Counted from the stretch's first letter, positions 15,937 to 24,880 are shown. The stretch: DNA of 32,000 bases from Parasynechococcus marenigrum WH 8102 (GCF_000195975.1 NC_005070.1:1800001-1832000), one strand, 5' to 3'. Made by a program: numbers and translations. The notes: generated from the letters alone by a model not told the origin.

Positions 15937-17306
15937 AGCCCCTCGAAGCCACTGAACAGGGCATGCCGTTCAAGATCCAGATTTCTAACACTCACACCTA
16001 GCAGTTGCGCCACCACCCGACCGTCGATCAACACCTGGCTGCCATTCCCAACTGAATCCAAGGTCACCGCACTGACATCAACATCGAAGACCAGTCGATC
16101 CTTGCGAGGGTTGAAGTCGGTCACCTTCACCAGTGCGCCGTGTTGGGCTGAAATCCAGAACTGATCCCTCCCTTTGCCACCGGTGACCCGGTTGCCATCG
16201 CCACCGCCGGCAACCAGAACATCAGCGCCTTTCTTGCCCTTGAGCAGATTGTCAGCCCTGTTGCCAATCAGAACGTCATCTCCCTTGCCACCGATGGCGA
16301 TCTCAATCACACAAAGCCCGGCAGACTGGCCGACATTTCTGCCGTACCAGTCGTGGGCAATGGTGAAACCACCGAACACATCCTCCGCACGGCTGACGTA
16401 GCCGCCGGCGTTGACGTCATCACCAAGGGTCGCGTTGCGCAGATCGATGGTTACAGGAGCTGTGGCACCACCTGCCGTGATGCGGTCCACCCCACCGGTG
16501 TCCCAGATCGCACGCCACCCCGTTCCCTCGCGATTCTCCAGCGGCAAGGTGTAAGTGTCGTCTCCAGAGGCGGCGTCAGGATTAATTCCGTACATCCATT
16601 GCAATGCAGCAATGTCCAGTGCACCAAGCGTTTGTAAGAAGCCATAGGCTTCGATTGAACGTGGAACCATTCCATTACGAGCTCCCTTATCGACGTAGGT
16701 GAGCTGTGTGAAGGGGTGGGCGTTCTGGTCGAAATCGCCTTTGTCGCGAAATTCATTCGACCTGTGCGTCAAACCAGGGAAACGGGGTTGACCGAACAGT
16801 CCCCTGTCATGGGGATGCTTGAGGCCAACGGCATGACTGAGCTCATGCAAAAACGTAATGCCGTAAAAGCTGCCGGAGGCAATCGAATTCTTGAAGCTGC
16901 CATCAGCGTTCTGGTAGGTCGACCAATTGATGGCAACCAACCCTTCATCAGAGTCGGTGCCGGGGGTGTAGGCGAAGCCATAGCTGCCCTCTGACTGACG
17001 TTGATCGAGGTTGTAGTACCAGATCTCCACCCCATCGTCATTGTCATCTCCGCGGTCGTCGAACTGAAGAGAACACACCGCAGAGATTTCCTCCATGGCA
17101 CCCTCCATGAGCTGGCGTTCTTGATCACTCCAACCCCAGGAGGGGTAGCCCCCGAACTCACCACCAGGAAGATCAAATGTATCGCTAATGAAGGTGGTGC
17201 CGACAGCAGGGTCGGTCGCTGTGGTGCCCCAGCGGTAGCCGTCCGTCAGACCATCAATCCAGGCATTGCCGGAACGAGGTACTTCGATTGCAGTTTTGTA
17301 GGCCAA
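15933..17306 (-). CDS. Serralysin-like (M10B metzincin) metalloprotease with C-terminal RTX calcium-binding repeats
   Basis: Zinc motif 'HELSHAVGLKHPHD' (HExxHxxGxxHP). 'DIAALQWMYG' is typical of serralysins. Nonapeptide GGxGxD-type repeats are 'GGKGDDVLIGNRADNLLKGKKGADVLVAGGGDGNRVTGGKGRDQFWI'. There is no N-terminal signal peptide, consistent with type I secretion. TTG is the only start candidate after the upstream in-frame TAA. Confidence 0.85.
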   Translation of the reverse strand: MAYKTAIEVPRSGNAWIDGLTDGYRWGTTATDPAVGTTFISDTFDLPGGEFGGYPSWGWSDQERQLMEGAMEEISAVCSLQFDDRGDDNDDGVEIWYYNLDQRQSEGSYGFAYTPGTDSDEGLVAINWSTYQNADGSFKNSIASGSFYGITFLHELSHAVGLKHPHDRGLFGQPRFPGLTHRSNEFRDKGDFDQNAHPFTQLTYVDKGARNGMVPRSIEAYGFLQTLGALDIAALQWMYGINPDAASGDDTYTLPLENREGTGWRAIWDTGGVDRITAGGATAPVTIDLRNATLGDDVNAGGYVSRAEDVFGGFTIAHDWYGRNVGQSAGLCVIEIAIGGKGDDVLIGNRADNLLKGKKGADVLVAGGGDGNRVTGGKGRDQFWISAQHGALVKVTDFNPRKDRLVFDVDVSAVTLDSVGNGSQVLIDGRVVAQLLGVSVRNLDLERHALFSGFEGL

Positions 17307-17388
17307 GAGGCAGCCGAAGAATTTGGTGTCGGTTTAGTGCCAAAGCCAACAACACCAGGCGACCAACCGACATCATCATCGCAACACA

Positions 17389-18192
17389 ATGGTCCTCATG
17401 CAGACCCCTCGTCCGATCAACGATCCCTCCACTGGTTTGGTGGGATTGGTTGCCATCCTGCTGAGCGTGCTGCTGCTGCTGGGTCAGTCCTTGTTCATCG
17501 TTCCTGCCGGACAGGTGGCCGTGGTCACCACCCTGGGCAAGGTGAGTGGAGGCTCACGTCTGCCGGGCCTGAATTTCAAGATCCCCCTTGTCCAGGCGGT
17601 CTCTCCCTTCGATGTCCGCACGCAGGTGAGGCCCGAGGAATTCGCCACGCTGACGAAAGACCTTCAGGTGATTGAGGCCACCGCGACCGTGAAATACGCC
17701 GTCCGCCCCAACGAAGCCGGACGCATCTACCGCACCATCGCCAGCGCCGATCGCGAGATTTATCCGCGCATCATTCAGCCCTCCCTGTTGAAGGCTCTCA
17801 AGTCGGTGTTCTCGCAGTACGAGCTGGTGACCATCGCCACCGAATGGAACGACATCTCCTCACTGGTGGAGCGCACAGTGGCCGAGGAACTCGACAAATT
17901 TGACTATGTGGAGGTGCGCGGCCTCGACCTCACCGGCCTGCAGATTGCTGAGGAGTACCGAGCAGCCATTGAGCAAAAACAGATTGCCGAACAACAGCTG
18001 CTGAGGGCTCAGACTGAAGTGAAGATCGCCGAGCAAGAAGCCATCCGCTACGACACCCTTAATCGCAGCCTGGACGACCAGGTGCTGTTCAAGCTGTTTC
18101 TTGACAAGTGGGATGGCCGCACAGAGGTGGTTCCGGCACTGCCTGGCACACCAGGGGGCACACCTCCGGTCATCGTGGGCCGGAAGAACTGA
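17389..18192 (+). CDS. SPFH/Band 7 (prohibitin-like) membrane protein
   Basis: N-terminal TM anchor (LVGLVAILLSVLLLLGQSLFIV), then 'VPAGQVAVVTTLGK' and 'LNFKIPLVQAV...DVR', and a C-terminal coiled coil 'IEQKQIAEQQLLRAQTEVKIAEQEA'. Confidence 0.9.
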   Translation: MVLMQTPRPINDPSTGLVGLVAILLSVLLLLGQSLFIVPAGQVAVVTTLGKVSGGSRLPGLNFKIPLVQAVSPFDVRTQVRPEEFATLTKDLQVIEATATVKYAVRPNEAGRIYRTIASADREIYPRIIQPSLLKALKSVFSQYELVTIATEWNDISSLVERTVAEELDKFDYVEVRGLDLTGLQIAEEYRAAIEQKQIAEQQLLRAQTEVKIAEQEAIRYDTLNRSLDDQVLFKLFLDKWDGRTEVVPALPGTPGGTPPVIVGRKN

Positions 18193-18205
18193 CGATCCCT
18201 AAGCG

Positions 18206-19430
18206 TTGACCGTCGATCAACAACACCTGCTGGAGGAAGGTGATCGCCTGGATGAGTTGCACCGCAACTACGACGGCGACGCCAAGCTGAATGAGTCCTT
18301 TCTGGTGCTCACTCTGTGTGCCAGTTTGATCGCCACCCTCGGCCTTTTGGCCGACAACGCTGCTGTTGTAAATGGAGCCATGGTGGTGGCCCCCTGGATC
18401 CTGCCGCTGCGGGTGGCCGTCTTCGCCGTGTTGATCGGTGACTGGCGACTGCTGCCCCGTTCGGCCTCACTCTGGTGGCCGGCGCCCTCGTCACCACGCT
18501 GCTGTCGATGATGCTTGGGCTGATCGCTCAAGCCAACGGCCTCCTGACCGTGGATGCCTTCTCAGGGGAGATCCAGAGTCGGTTAAGCCCAACGCTCCTG
18601 GACCTGGGAATCGCCCTGGCCGCCGGTGTTGTTGCCACCTACGCCAAGGTCACCCTGGGGCCGTGAGTTCCATGGCTGGCACGGCGATTGCCGTAGCCCT
18701 GGTTCCACCGGTCTGCGTGATGGGGCTGATGCTGGCGGCAGGTGACTACACGGACGCGCGCGGTGCCGGGTTGCTCTATGCCGCCAATCTGTTGGGCATT
18801 TTGATCGGGGAAATCTCGGTGCTGGCCATCCGGGAGCCCTACTTCCGAGACAAGCTGCGCCGGCAGCGACGGTCCCGATTGCTGCTGTTGCTGGCCCTGA
18901 GCCTGGCCAGCTGGGTGGGATTCAAGCTCTACGGCCGCTATGAACAACACCTCTATGCGCTGAAACGAGACAACGCCAAGGTCAGGATCGAAGAGAGAAT
19001 CGCCACGTACTTAAAGCAACGAACCCAGACCTTCGGCAGCAATGACTCTCTGGAGCTGGAAAACGTCCTATTTGACTGGCCGGATTACTGGAGCAGCAAT
19101 CAAACCCCGAAGATTCTCCTGGTGGTTCGTGTCACCAACCCAGCAACTCCAAGCTACAAACAACTTCAATACATTCAGGACCGCATCAACGAGAAACTAA
19201 GCGAACAATTTGACGGATTAAAAATGCAGATGAAAGTCCAACGCATCAATGTCAGCGTTGTTTCCGGAAGTGAAGTGATGGACAGCATCAATATCAAGAC
19301 CATTCTCGATCAAGCTGAATCCCCTGAAGAGACGCTTCAACCCAATCCATCACCTCCAGACTCTCACCAAGCTGAGGTGTCAAGCGTCCATCAAGGGCCT
19401 GAAGCGTCAGACCTCAGCACCACCCCTTGA
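18206..19430 (+). pseudogene. DUF389-family integral membrane protein gene interrupted by two single-base frameshifts
   Basis: The family-typical sequence runs through three frames. Frame 2 is 18206 to about 18465 (...NGAMVVAPWILPLRVAVFAVLIGDWRLLPRSA). Frame 1 is about 18465 to about 18650 (LTLVAGALVTTLLSMMLGLIA...SPTLLDLGIALAAGVVATYAKV). Frame 0 is about 18650 to 19430 (HPGAVSSMAGTAIAVALVPPVCVMGL...). Each junction is repaired by adding one base. Confidence 0.7.
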
Positions 19431-19431
19431 A

Positions 19432-20274
19432 TCAACCAGGCTTGCGCAACCGCATCAGTCCCCAGCTGAGGCGTCCCTGCTGGCCACCGTCCACCCAGTG
19501 GCCAAGGCCCACGTCCATCCGGTCGAGATAACCGGAACTGATGCTGGTTTCCAGCTCTGCACGGCGTAACCGAGTGTCCTGCCGGACCCGGTCGTAGTGA
19601 CGCACCAGCATCTCGGTGCGTTCATCCCAAACCTCCATCGTCAGGCCAACCGCCTCTCCCCAGGCCTTGTAACGACTCGGTGAGGCAAGGTCGGGGAGGT
19701 GAATGCGGTCGAGGATCGGCTGCAGCAATCCCATCTCCACACCATCGGCCGCCATCGGGTCGGTGAACACAAAACATCCCCCGGGCTTCAGCAGGCGGGA
19801 CACCTCGGCCAACACCTTGGCTCGATCGCCGGCATGCAGGATTGCATCCTGACTCCACACCAGGTCTGCACTGGCATCGGCCATAGGCACCTGCTCAAAC
19901 GAGGCATCGTGCACCGTGATCTGCTGCTCCAAACCGGCATCAACATTCAGTCGACGATGGCGATCGTTCTCAACGGCCGAGATGTTGATGGCATGAACCG
20001 GTCGCTCACTCCAGCGAGCAAGGCGCCGGGATGCTCCGCCGTAGCCCGCCCCAAGATCCACCACACATCCTCCTTGAGGTAGAGGATCGGCCAGATCAAG
20101 CAGGGCATGCACCGTGCGGTCACTGGCCGTTGCGATGGCCTCATCCGGCGTTGCATACAAACCGATATGAATATCCTCCCCACCCCAAACCTGTTCGTAA
20201 AACTGATCAGCGTCCTGACTGTCGTAGTAGGTCGCCGCAACGGAATCCGCCGCACAGCCGTTCGTCGTGCCCAT
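19432..20274 (-). CDS. sdmt: Sarcosine/dimethylglycine N-methyltransferase (betaine synthesis, step 2-3)
   Basis: SAM-MTase motif I 'VVDLGAGYGGASRRLA'. The N-terminus 'YYDSQDADQFYEQVWGGEDIHIGLY' and C-terminus 'LSWGLM' are typical of halophile DMT/SDMT enzymes. It sits adjacent to gsmt and a betaine transporter. Confidence 0.85.
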   Translation of the reverse strand: MGTTNGCAADSVAATYYDSQDADQFYEQVWGGEDIHIGLYATPDEAIATASDRTVHALLDLADPLPQGGCVVDLGAGYGGASRRLARWSERPVHAINISAVENDRHRRLNVDAGLEQQITVHDASFEQVPMADASADLVWSQDAILHAGDRAKVLAEVSRLLKPGGCFVFTDPMAADGVEMGLLQPILDRIHLPDLASPSRYKAWGEAVGLTMEVWDERTEMLVRHYDRVRQDTRLRRAELETSISSGYLDRMDVGLGHWVDGGQQGRLSWGLMRLRKPG

Positions 20275-20279
20275 CTGCC

Positions 20280-21128
20280 TCAGTGCATGGTGGTGTCGAC
20301 GTCGAAGCGATATTCCTTCTCCGCGACATGAACATAAAAATCGGGATTTTCAAAGTCCCGCTGATAATCACCAAAGCTGGTGATCTGCTGGAACCCCACC
20401 TCAGACATCAGACGGCGGACGTAGCCGTAGCGCAACGGGAACATGTTGAGGTGATAGACCCCACCATCACTGAAGGAATAGCGGAAGCGAGCCAAACCTT
20501 CATCTACATGCTCGGGACCAACTTCCACATCTTTTCCGCAATAGACATTGCCTTTGCCCTGTCGAACGGCCGATCCACCCTCCAGCAGCCGGTCGTAATT
20601 GCGGTGATCAAGAATCAAGATGCCATTGTGCTTCAACACGGCGTAATACTCAGCCAGAGCTTTACGCCGGTCCCGCTCCTTGAACAGGTGGGTGAATGAA
20701 TTACCAAGACAGATCACAGCATCAAACTCACCGTGAATGTCACGGTTGAGAAAACGCCAATCCGCCTGCGATGTCCTCAGCAGCTGATCTCTGTTACGAG
20801 CATTGCGAAACGCCCGGGCCAGCATGTTGGGGCTGCCATCCGCACTGACCACATCAAATCCTTCCTCCAACAATCGGATGGAGTGAAAACCAGTTCCGGT
20901 GGCTACATCGAGCACCGAACGAGCACCGTGCTCCTTAAGCAGACGGATAAAGAAATCACCCTCCGCTTCAGCCCGTGCATTCCAGTCGATCAATCGATCC
21001 CAGCGATCAGTGAAGTCTTCGATGTACTCCTGCTGGTAGTGATCCGTCTCGCGAACCGATTCAGGAGATTGTCCAAAACGCTGCTGATCGTCCTGCGTTT
21101 GCAATGGATGGTTCTGCGTTGACGTCAT
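20280..21128 (-). CDS. gsmt: Glycine/sarcosine N-methyltransferase (betaine synthesis, step 1-2)
   Basis: 'VLDVATGTGFHSIRLLEEGFDVVSADGSPNML' (motif I), 'AVICLGNSFTHL' and 'ILILDHRNYD' follow the GNMT-like fold layout seen in cyanobacterial GSMT. Confidence 0.85.
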   Translation of the reverse strand: MTSTQNHPLQTQDDQQRFGQSPESVRETDHYQQEYIEDFTDRWDRLIDWNARAEAEGDFFIRLLKEHGARSVLDVATGTGFHSIRLLEEGFDVVSADGSPNMLARAFRNARNRDQLLRTSQADWRFLNRDIHGEFDAVICLGNSFTHLFKERDRRKALAEYYAVLKHNGILILDHRNYDRLLEGGSAVRQGKGNVYCGKDVEVGPEHVDEGLARFRYSFSDGGVYHLNMFPLRYGYVRRLMSEVGFQQITSFGDYQRDFENPDFYVHVAEKEYRFDVDTTMH

Positions 21129-21214
21129 TCCAAATCAATTCGAAGTTCAAACAGGCTCCTTGACGTTCATCAAGGCAAGGACAATCCAAACCCGAATGAA
21201 TAAAATGAAGCCTT

Positions 21215-21231
21215 TGTGATCTGCAATCACA
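21215..21231. promoter_or_regulatory. Perfect 17-bp palindrome TGTGAT-CTGCA-ATCACA in the gsmt/proV divergent intergenic region (candidate operator)
   Basis: Read directly from the sequence. It lies 87-103 nt upstream of the gsmt ATG and 178-194 nt upstream of the proV ATG. A second inverted repeat, CCTTGA-N6-TCAAGG, lies at 21158-21175. Confidence 0.3.
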
Positions 21232-21408
21232 CTTCTGAAACCTAGTCACAGCCTGGCTGGTTGTCAGTGATTGAGAGAACAATTGGCCTCCAGCAGCACA
21301 GATCAGACCACAAGATCCACTGCCGCGCAGTCAAACACAGAGAATATTTCAACAATCAAAAATCGAGCTGAACATGCCTAACCTTTTATTAGCGGGTGTT
21401 GGGCTGTC

Positions 21409-22413
21409 ATGAACGAGCCGATCCGCCTTAGGCAGGTCTGGAAAAGCTTCGGCGGCAGGCCAGGAGCATCGCCAGCCGAACTGCTTCAGTCCTCTGACGC
21501 CAGGGTTGCTGTCCAGGACGTCTCCCTGGAGGTCAGGGCCGGTGAGATCTTTGTGGTGATGGGGCTATCCGGATCCGGCAAGTCCACCCTTTTGCGGATG
21601 ATCAATGGCTTGATCATCCCCAGTCTGGGGATTGTTGAGATTGAAGGGCGACCGCTGCATCAGTTCAACCGAGGCGAACTGCGTGCTCTCAGGCGGCGCA
21701 GCATGTCGATGGTGTTCCAATCCTTCGCTCTGTTTCCGCAGCGCAGCGCCCTGGAGAATGCAGCCTTCGGGCTTGAAGTGGCAGGCGTCCCACACCGCCA
21801 ACGCCTGGCCAGAGCTCAGCAGGCGCTGGAGCGGGTTGGCCTCGGTGGGGATCTGCACCGCAAGCCGGATCAATTGTCCGGCGGCATGCGTCAGCGGGTC
21901 GGTCTGGCGAGGGCTCTGGCGTTTGATTCCCCCGTCCTGCTGATGGATGAAGCCTTCTCGGCGTTGGACCCGCTGATCCGTGCAGATATGCAGGATCTGC
22001 TGCTGGATCTGCAACGGGAACACCGGCGCACCATCGTCTTCATTTCCCATGATCTGGATGAGGCCGTGAGGATCGGAGATCGCATCGCGTTGATGCAAGA
22101 CGGACGTCTTCTGCAGTGCGATACGGCGGAAACGCTGTTCCGCGCCCCCGCCGAGCCGGCCGTGGCTGAATTTTTCCGTGGTGTTGATCCCGCTGGCGTC
22201 CTCACGCTTGGAGCCATTGCCGAGCCATCGCCTCCGACTGACGGATGGGATCCCAAGGATCCCGACCTCACCGTGCTCTCCTCAGCCATGCTGCTCAAAG
22301 AGGCCATGCCGATCGTCACCGCCGCCAACGGACCTGTGGCGGTTGTAGGCAACGATCACCATCTGATCGGCTCGGTGTCACCCAACACCATCCTGCGGGC
22401 GCTCAGTCGATGA
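21409..22413 (+). CDS. proV: Glycine betaine/proline ABC transporter, ATP-binding subunit with C-terminal CBS module
   Basis: Walker A 'GLSGSGKST', signature '[15 protein letters not shown]' and Walker B '[11 protein letters not shown]', plus the OpuAA/ProV-type tail. Confidence 0.9.
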   Translation: MNEPIRLRQVWKSFGGRPGASPAELLQSSDARVAVQDVSLEVRAGEIFVVMGLSGSGKSTLLRMINGLIIPSLGIVEIEGRPLHQFNRGELRALRRRSMSMVFQSFALFPQRSALENAAFGLEVAGVPHRQRLARAQQALERVGLGGDLHRKPDQLSGGMRQRVGLARALAFDSPVLLMDEAFSALDPLIRADMQDLLLDLQREHRRTIVFISHDLDEAVRIGDRIALMQDGRLLQCDTAETLFRAPAEPAVAEFFRGVDPAGVLTLGAIAEPSPPTDGWDPKDPDLTVLSSAMLLKEAMPIVTAANGPVAVVGNDHHLIGSVSPNTILRALSR

Positions 22414-23324
22414 GTCATCTCTTGAGTGAGCTGTGGCTGGCACAGGCCAGCGAAGCCGGGGCGGTAGGCGCGACAGCCGACAGCATTGTCAACTGGCTGC
22501 TTGGCAATGGCGGTGCCCTGTTCAGCCTGATCAACACCGTCATCCTTGTGCTGACGGCGATCGTCGAACAGCTGCTGAACGCACCCGCCCCCTGGCTGCT
22601 CGCACTGGTGGTGGCCCTGCTTGGGCTCTGGCGCGTCAGTGCCGCGTTCGGTCTTCTCAGTCTTCTCGGACTGAATCTGGTGCAGGCCATGGGCCTGTGG
22701 GAGCTGATGGTCAGCAGCCTGGCCCTTGTGCTGACTGCCTCCTTGCTGGCCCTCGCGATCGGTCTTCCTTTGGGTGTGTTGGCTGCCCGGCAACGGAGCA
22801 TCTGGCAGCTCACCCGTCCGCTGCTGGATCTGATGCAGACCATGCCGGCCTTTGTGTACCTGATTCCCGCAGTGATGCTGTTCAGCACCGGCGCCGTTCC
22901 TTCGGTGATCGCCACATTGATCTTCGCGATGCCACCGGTGGTACGGCTCACCGTTCTGGGCATCCGCCAAGTACCGGCGGATCTGATCGAAGCCGGGCGA
23001 TCCTTCGGCTGCTCCGAGTGGCAGTTGCTCACCAAGGTGCAACTGCCTAATGCCTTACCCACGCTGATGACCGGCGTGAATCAGACGATCATGCTGGCGC
23101 TGTCAATGGTGGTGATCGCCTCAATGATCGGTGGTGGAGGGCTGGGTGATGTGGTGTTGCGGGGCATCCAGCAACTGAACATCGGCCTGGGCTTTGAGGG
23201 AGGCCTGGCCGTGGTGATCCTGGCGGTCATCCTGGACCGGCTCAGCCAGAGCCTCAGCACACCCCCCAGCCGATCCGTGCGGGATCGGGTCCGCAGCCTT
23301 GCCATGCTTTGGAGGATTCGATGA
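22410..23324 (+). CDS. proW: Glycine betaine/proline ABC transporter permease
   Basis: ATG 22410 overlaps the proV stop (ATGA). It is a multi-TM protein with the EAA-type loop '[29 protein letters not shown]'. The track extension to 22245 lies inside proV. Confidence 0.9.
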   Translation: MSHLLSELWLAQASEAGAVGATADSIVNWLLGNGGALFSLINTVILVLTAIVEQLLNAPAPWLLALVVALLGLWRVSAAFGLLSLLGLNLVQAMGLWELMVSSLALVLTASLLALAIGLPLGVLAARQRSIWQLTRPLLDLMQTMPAFVYLIPAVMLFSTGAVPSVIATLIFAMPPVVRLTVLGIRQVPADLIEAGRSFGCSEWQLLTKVQLPNALPTLMTGVNQTIMLALSMVVIASMIGGGGLGDVVLRGIQQLNIGLGFEGGLAVVILAVILDRLSQSLSTPPSRSVRDRVRSLAMLWRIR

Positions 23325-24286
23325 ACAAGCTTCAGCTCTGGCGACGACGCAGTGTGCTGCTGGCTGGCTTGGGTCTGGCGGGTGCCTCCCTGCACAACCT
23401 GGCCAGTCGCCCTGAAGCCGACACATCCGCCCCGGCGACGAACACCCCTGCATCAACGTCCCAGGTTCAGTCGACCAACGACCGCAACCCTGCCAGTGCC
23501 CCCTTGAAGCTGGGCTGGTCGCCATGGGCCGATGCCGAAGTGGTGAGTCTGATGGCGACGCAGCTGATCGAATCGGAGTTGAATCAACCGGTGGAACGGG
23601 TGATGGCAGACATCGGCATCCAGTACCAATCCGTGGCCCGCGGCGATCTGGACCTGATGCTGATGGCCTGGCTGCCAGGCACCCATCTGGATTACTGGAG
23701 CAAGGTGCGTGATCGGGTGCTGGATCTCGGGCCGATGTATTCCGGCCGGCTGGGCTGGATCGTGCCCGACTATGTGCCAGAGGAGGTGATTGCCAGCATT
23801 GAGCAACTCCAGGATCCGCAGCTGGCGGCTCGCTTTGATGGCCGGGTCCAGGGCATCGACCCCGGGTCCGGCCTGAACCAGGCCTCACTCAAAGCCCTGA
23901 ATCAATACGGATTGACGTCGATGGAGCTGGTGGCGTCCAGCAGCGCGGCCATGGCTGCTGTGTTGGCCCAGGCGATCGACGAGCAACGCTGGCTGATCGC
24001 CACGAGCTGGACCCCCCATTGGATGTTTGCCCGCTACAAGCTGCGCTTCCTTGACGACCCCAAGGGCAGCTTCGGAGCAACAGAACGCATCCATGCCGTG
24101 GCACGCCAAGGCCTGGATCAGCTGCATCCTGCGGTGACAGCGTTCCTCAGCCGCTTCCATCTGCCTGAGAGCGACCTGGATGGCTTGCTATTGCAGGCCC
24201 AGGAGTCATCCGCCGAGACCGCGGTATCGATCTACCTGGCCCGCCATCCCAATCGGGTTCGCTACTGGACAACCGGAGAGATCTAG
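23321..24286 (+). CDS. proX: Glycine betaine-binding periplasmic protein (ProX/OpuAC family) with Tat-like signal
   Basis: ATG 23321 overlaps the proW stop (ATGA). The leader '[24 protein letters not shown]' has a twin-arginine motif. '[11 protein letters not shown]...' and 'MAWLPGTH' are the aromatic-box regions typical of OpuAC. Confidence 0.85.
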   Translation: MNKLQLWRRRSVLLAGLGLAGASLHNLASRPEADTSAPATNTPASTSQVQSTNDRNPASAPLKLGWSPWADAEVVSLMATQLIESELNQPVERVMADIGIQYQSVARGDLDLMLMAWLPGTHLDYWSKVRDRVLDLGPMYSGRLGWIVPDYVPEEVIASIEQLQDPQLAARFDGRVQGIDPGSGLNQASLKALNQYGLTSMELVASSSAAMAAVLAQAIDEQRWLIATSWTPHWMFARYKLRFLDDPKGSFGATERIHAVARQGLDQLHPAVTAFLSRFHLPESDLDGLLLQAQESSAETAVSIYLARHPNRVRYWTTGEI

Positions 24287-24290
24287 AAGA

Positions 24291-24337
24291 GCACGAAATC
24301 GTATACATATTGAATCAATATCAACTCGATATCGTGC
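24291..24337. terminator. Bidirectional stem-loop between convergent proX and the cupin gene
   Basis: GCACGAAATCG ... CGATATCGTGC pairs at 10 of 11 positions. It encloses the perfect palindrome ATATTGA-A-TCAATAT (24307-24321). The surroundings are AT-rich, with a 'CTTGTTT' tail on the plus strand. Confidence 0.45.
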
Positions 24338-24355
24338 CTTGTTTAGCGCTGCGGA

Positions 24356-24814
24356 TCAGATCAACCGTTCATCAATCCCCTTTGGCCATTCGGATCGCGC
24401 CCGATCGCGCAGCATCTCGAAATCGTCAAAGCTGAAGCCGGGGCCGACGCAACAGCTCACCAGGCTGTAGTCCCCTTGGCTACGCGCTGCCATCCAGACC
24501 CCCGCTGGAACCCAGGCCAAGGGCTGATCCTCACTGATCACCTGTTCATGGGATCCGTCTGCAGCATCGGAATGTTGGAACAAGCTGAGGGGGACGCCAC
24601 TGAGGAAGGTCCAGATCTCATCACCACCGTGAACGCAGTGCCAGCGACTCACATCCTCGGCACCGAGCAGAAACAGCACGGTCGTGATGGCACTGCGCTG
24701 CTGGCCATCGGGCCTTGTGACCTGAATGGAGCTCCGTTGCACTTCCCGATACCAACCGCCTTCTGGATGAGGCTGCAGCCGCCAACGGGCCACGAGGGAG
24801 TCCATCAAGTCCAA
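24356..24814 (-). CDS. Cupin superfamily protein (DUF985)
   Basis: 'LQPHPEGGWYRE', 'SAITTVLFLL' and 'SRWHCVHGGDEIW...GYSLVSCCVGPGFSFDDFEM' match the DUF985 cupin pattern. Confidence 0.8.
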   Translation of the reverse strand: MDLMDSLVARWRLQPHPEGGWYREVQRSSIQVTRPDGQQRSAITTVLFLLGAEDVSRWHCVHGGDEIWTFLSGVPLSLFQHSDAADGSHEQVISEDQPLAWVPAGVWMAARSQGDYSLVSCCVGPGFSFDDFEMLRDRARSEWPKGIDERLI

Positions 24815-24851
24815 CGCTGATCAGAACGCAGGCCGCCAACGTTGGCACAAC

Positions 24852-24880
24852 AAAAAGCCCCCACCGATTGGTGAGGGCTT
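24852..24880 (-). terminator. Rho-independent terminator downstream of psbA
   Basis: The minus-strand RNA is GCCCUCACC-AAUC-GGUGGGGGC (9 bp including one U-G pair) followed by UUUUU, about 60 nt after the psbA stop. Confidence 0.6.

Noticed and set aside
13641-17400. Search for island hallmarks: an integrase or recombinase gene and a direct repeat of the tRNA-Arg 3' end (att site)
   Set aside because: Neither was found by eye. No tyrosine or serine recombinase motifs appear in any frame, and no copy of GGTTCGAATCCATCAGGGGG fragments is visible downstream. A short degenerate repeat could have been missed without computation.
21215-21231. Reading the TGTGAT-N5-ATCACA palindrome as a CRP/NtcA-family site
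   Set aside because: The half-sites resemble CRP (TGTGA/TCACA), but the spacing is N7 between the pentamers rather than the canonical N6, and it does not fit NtcA GTA-N8-TAC. It is kept only as a generic candidate operator.
19699-24160. Off-frame ORFs across the betaine cluster: 20031-20699(+), 20733-21122(+), 21565-22098(-), 22356-23062(-), 22433-23050(+), 23121-23888(-)
   Set aside because: They overlap sdmt, gsmt, proV, proW and proX, which carry diagnostic motifs. No independent start or RBS context and no recognisable domains.
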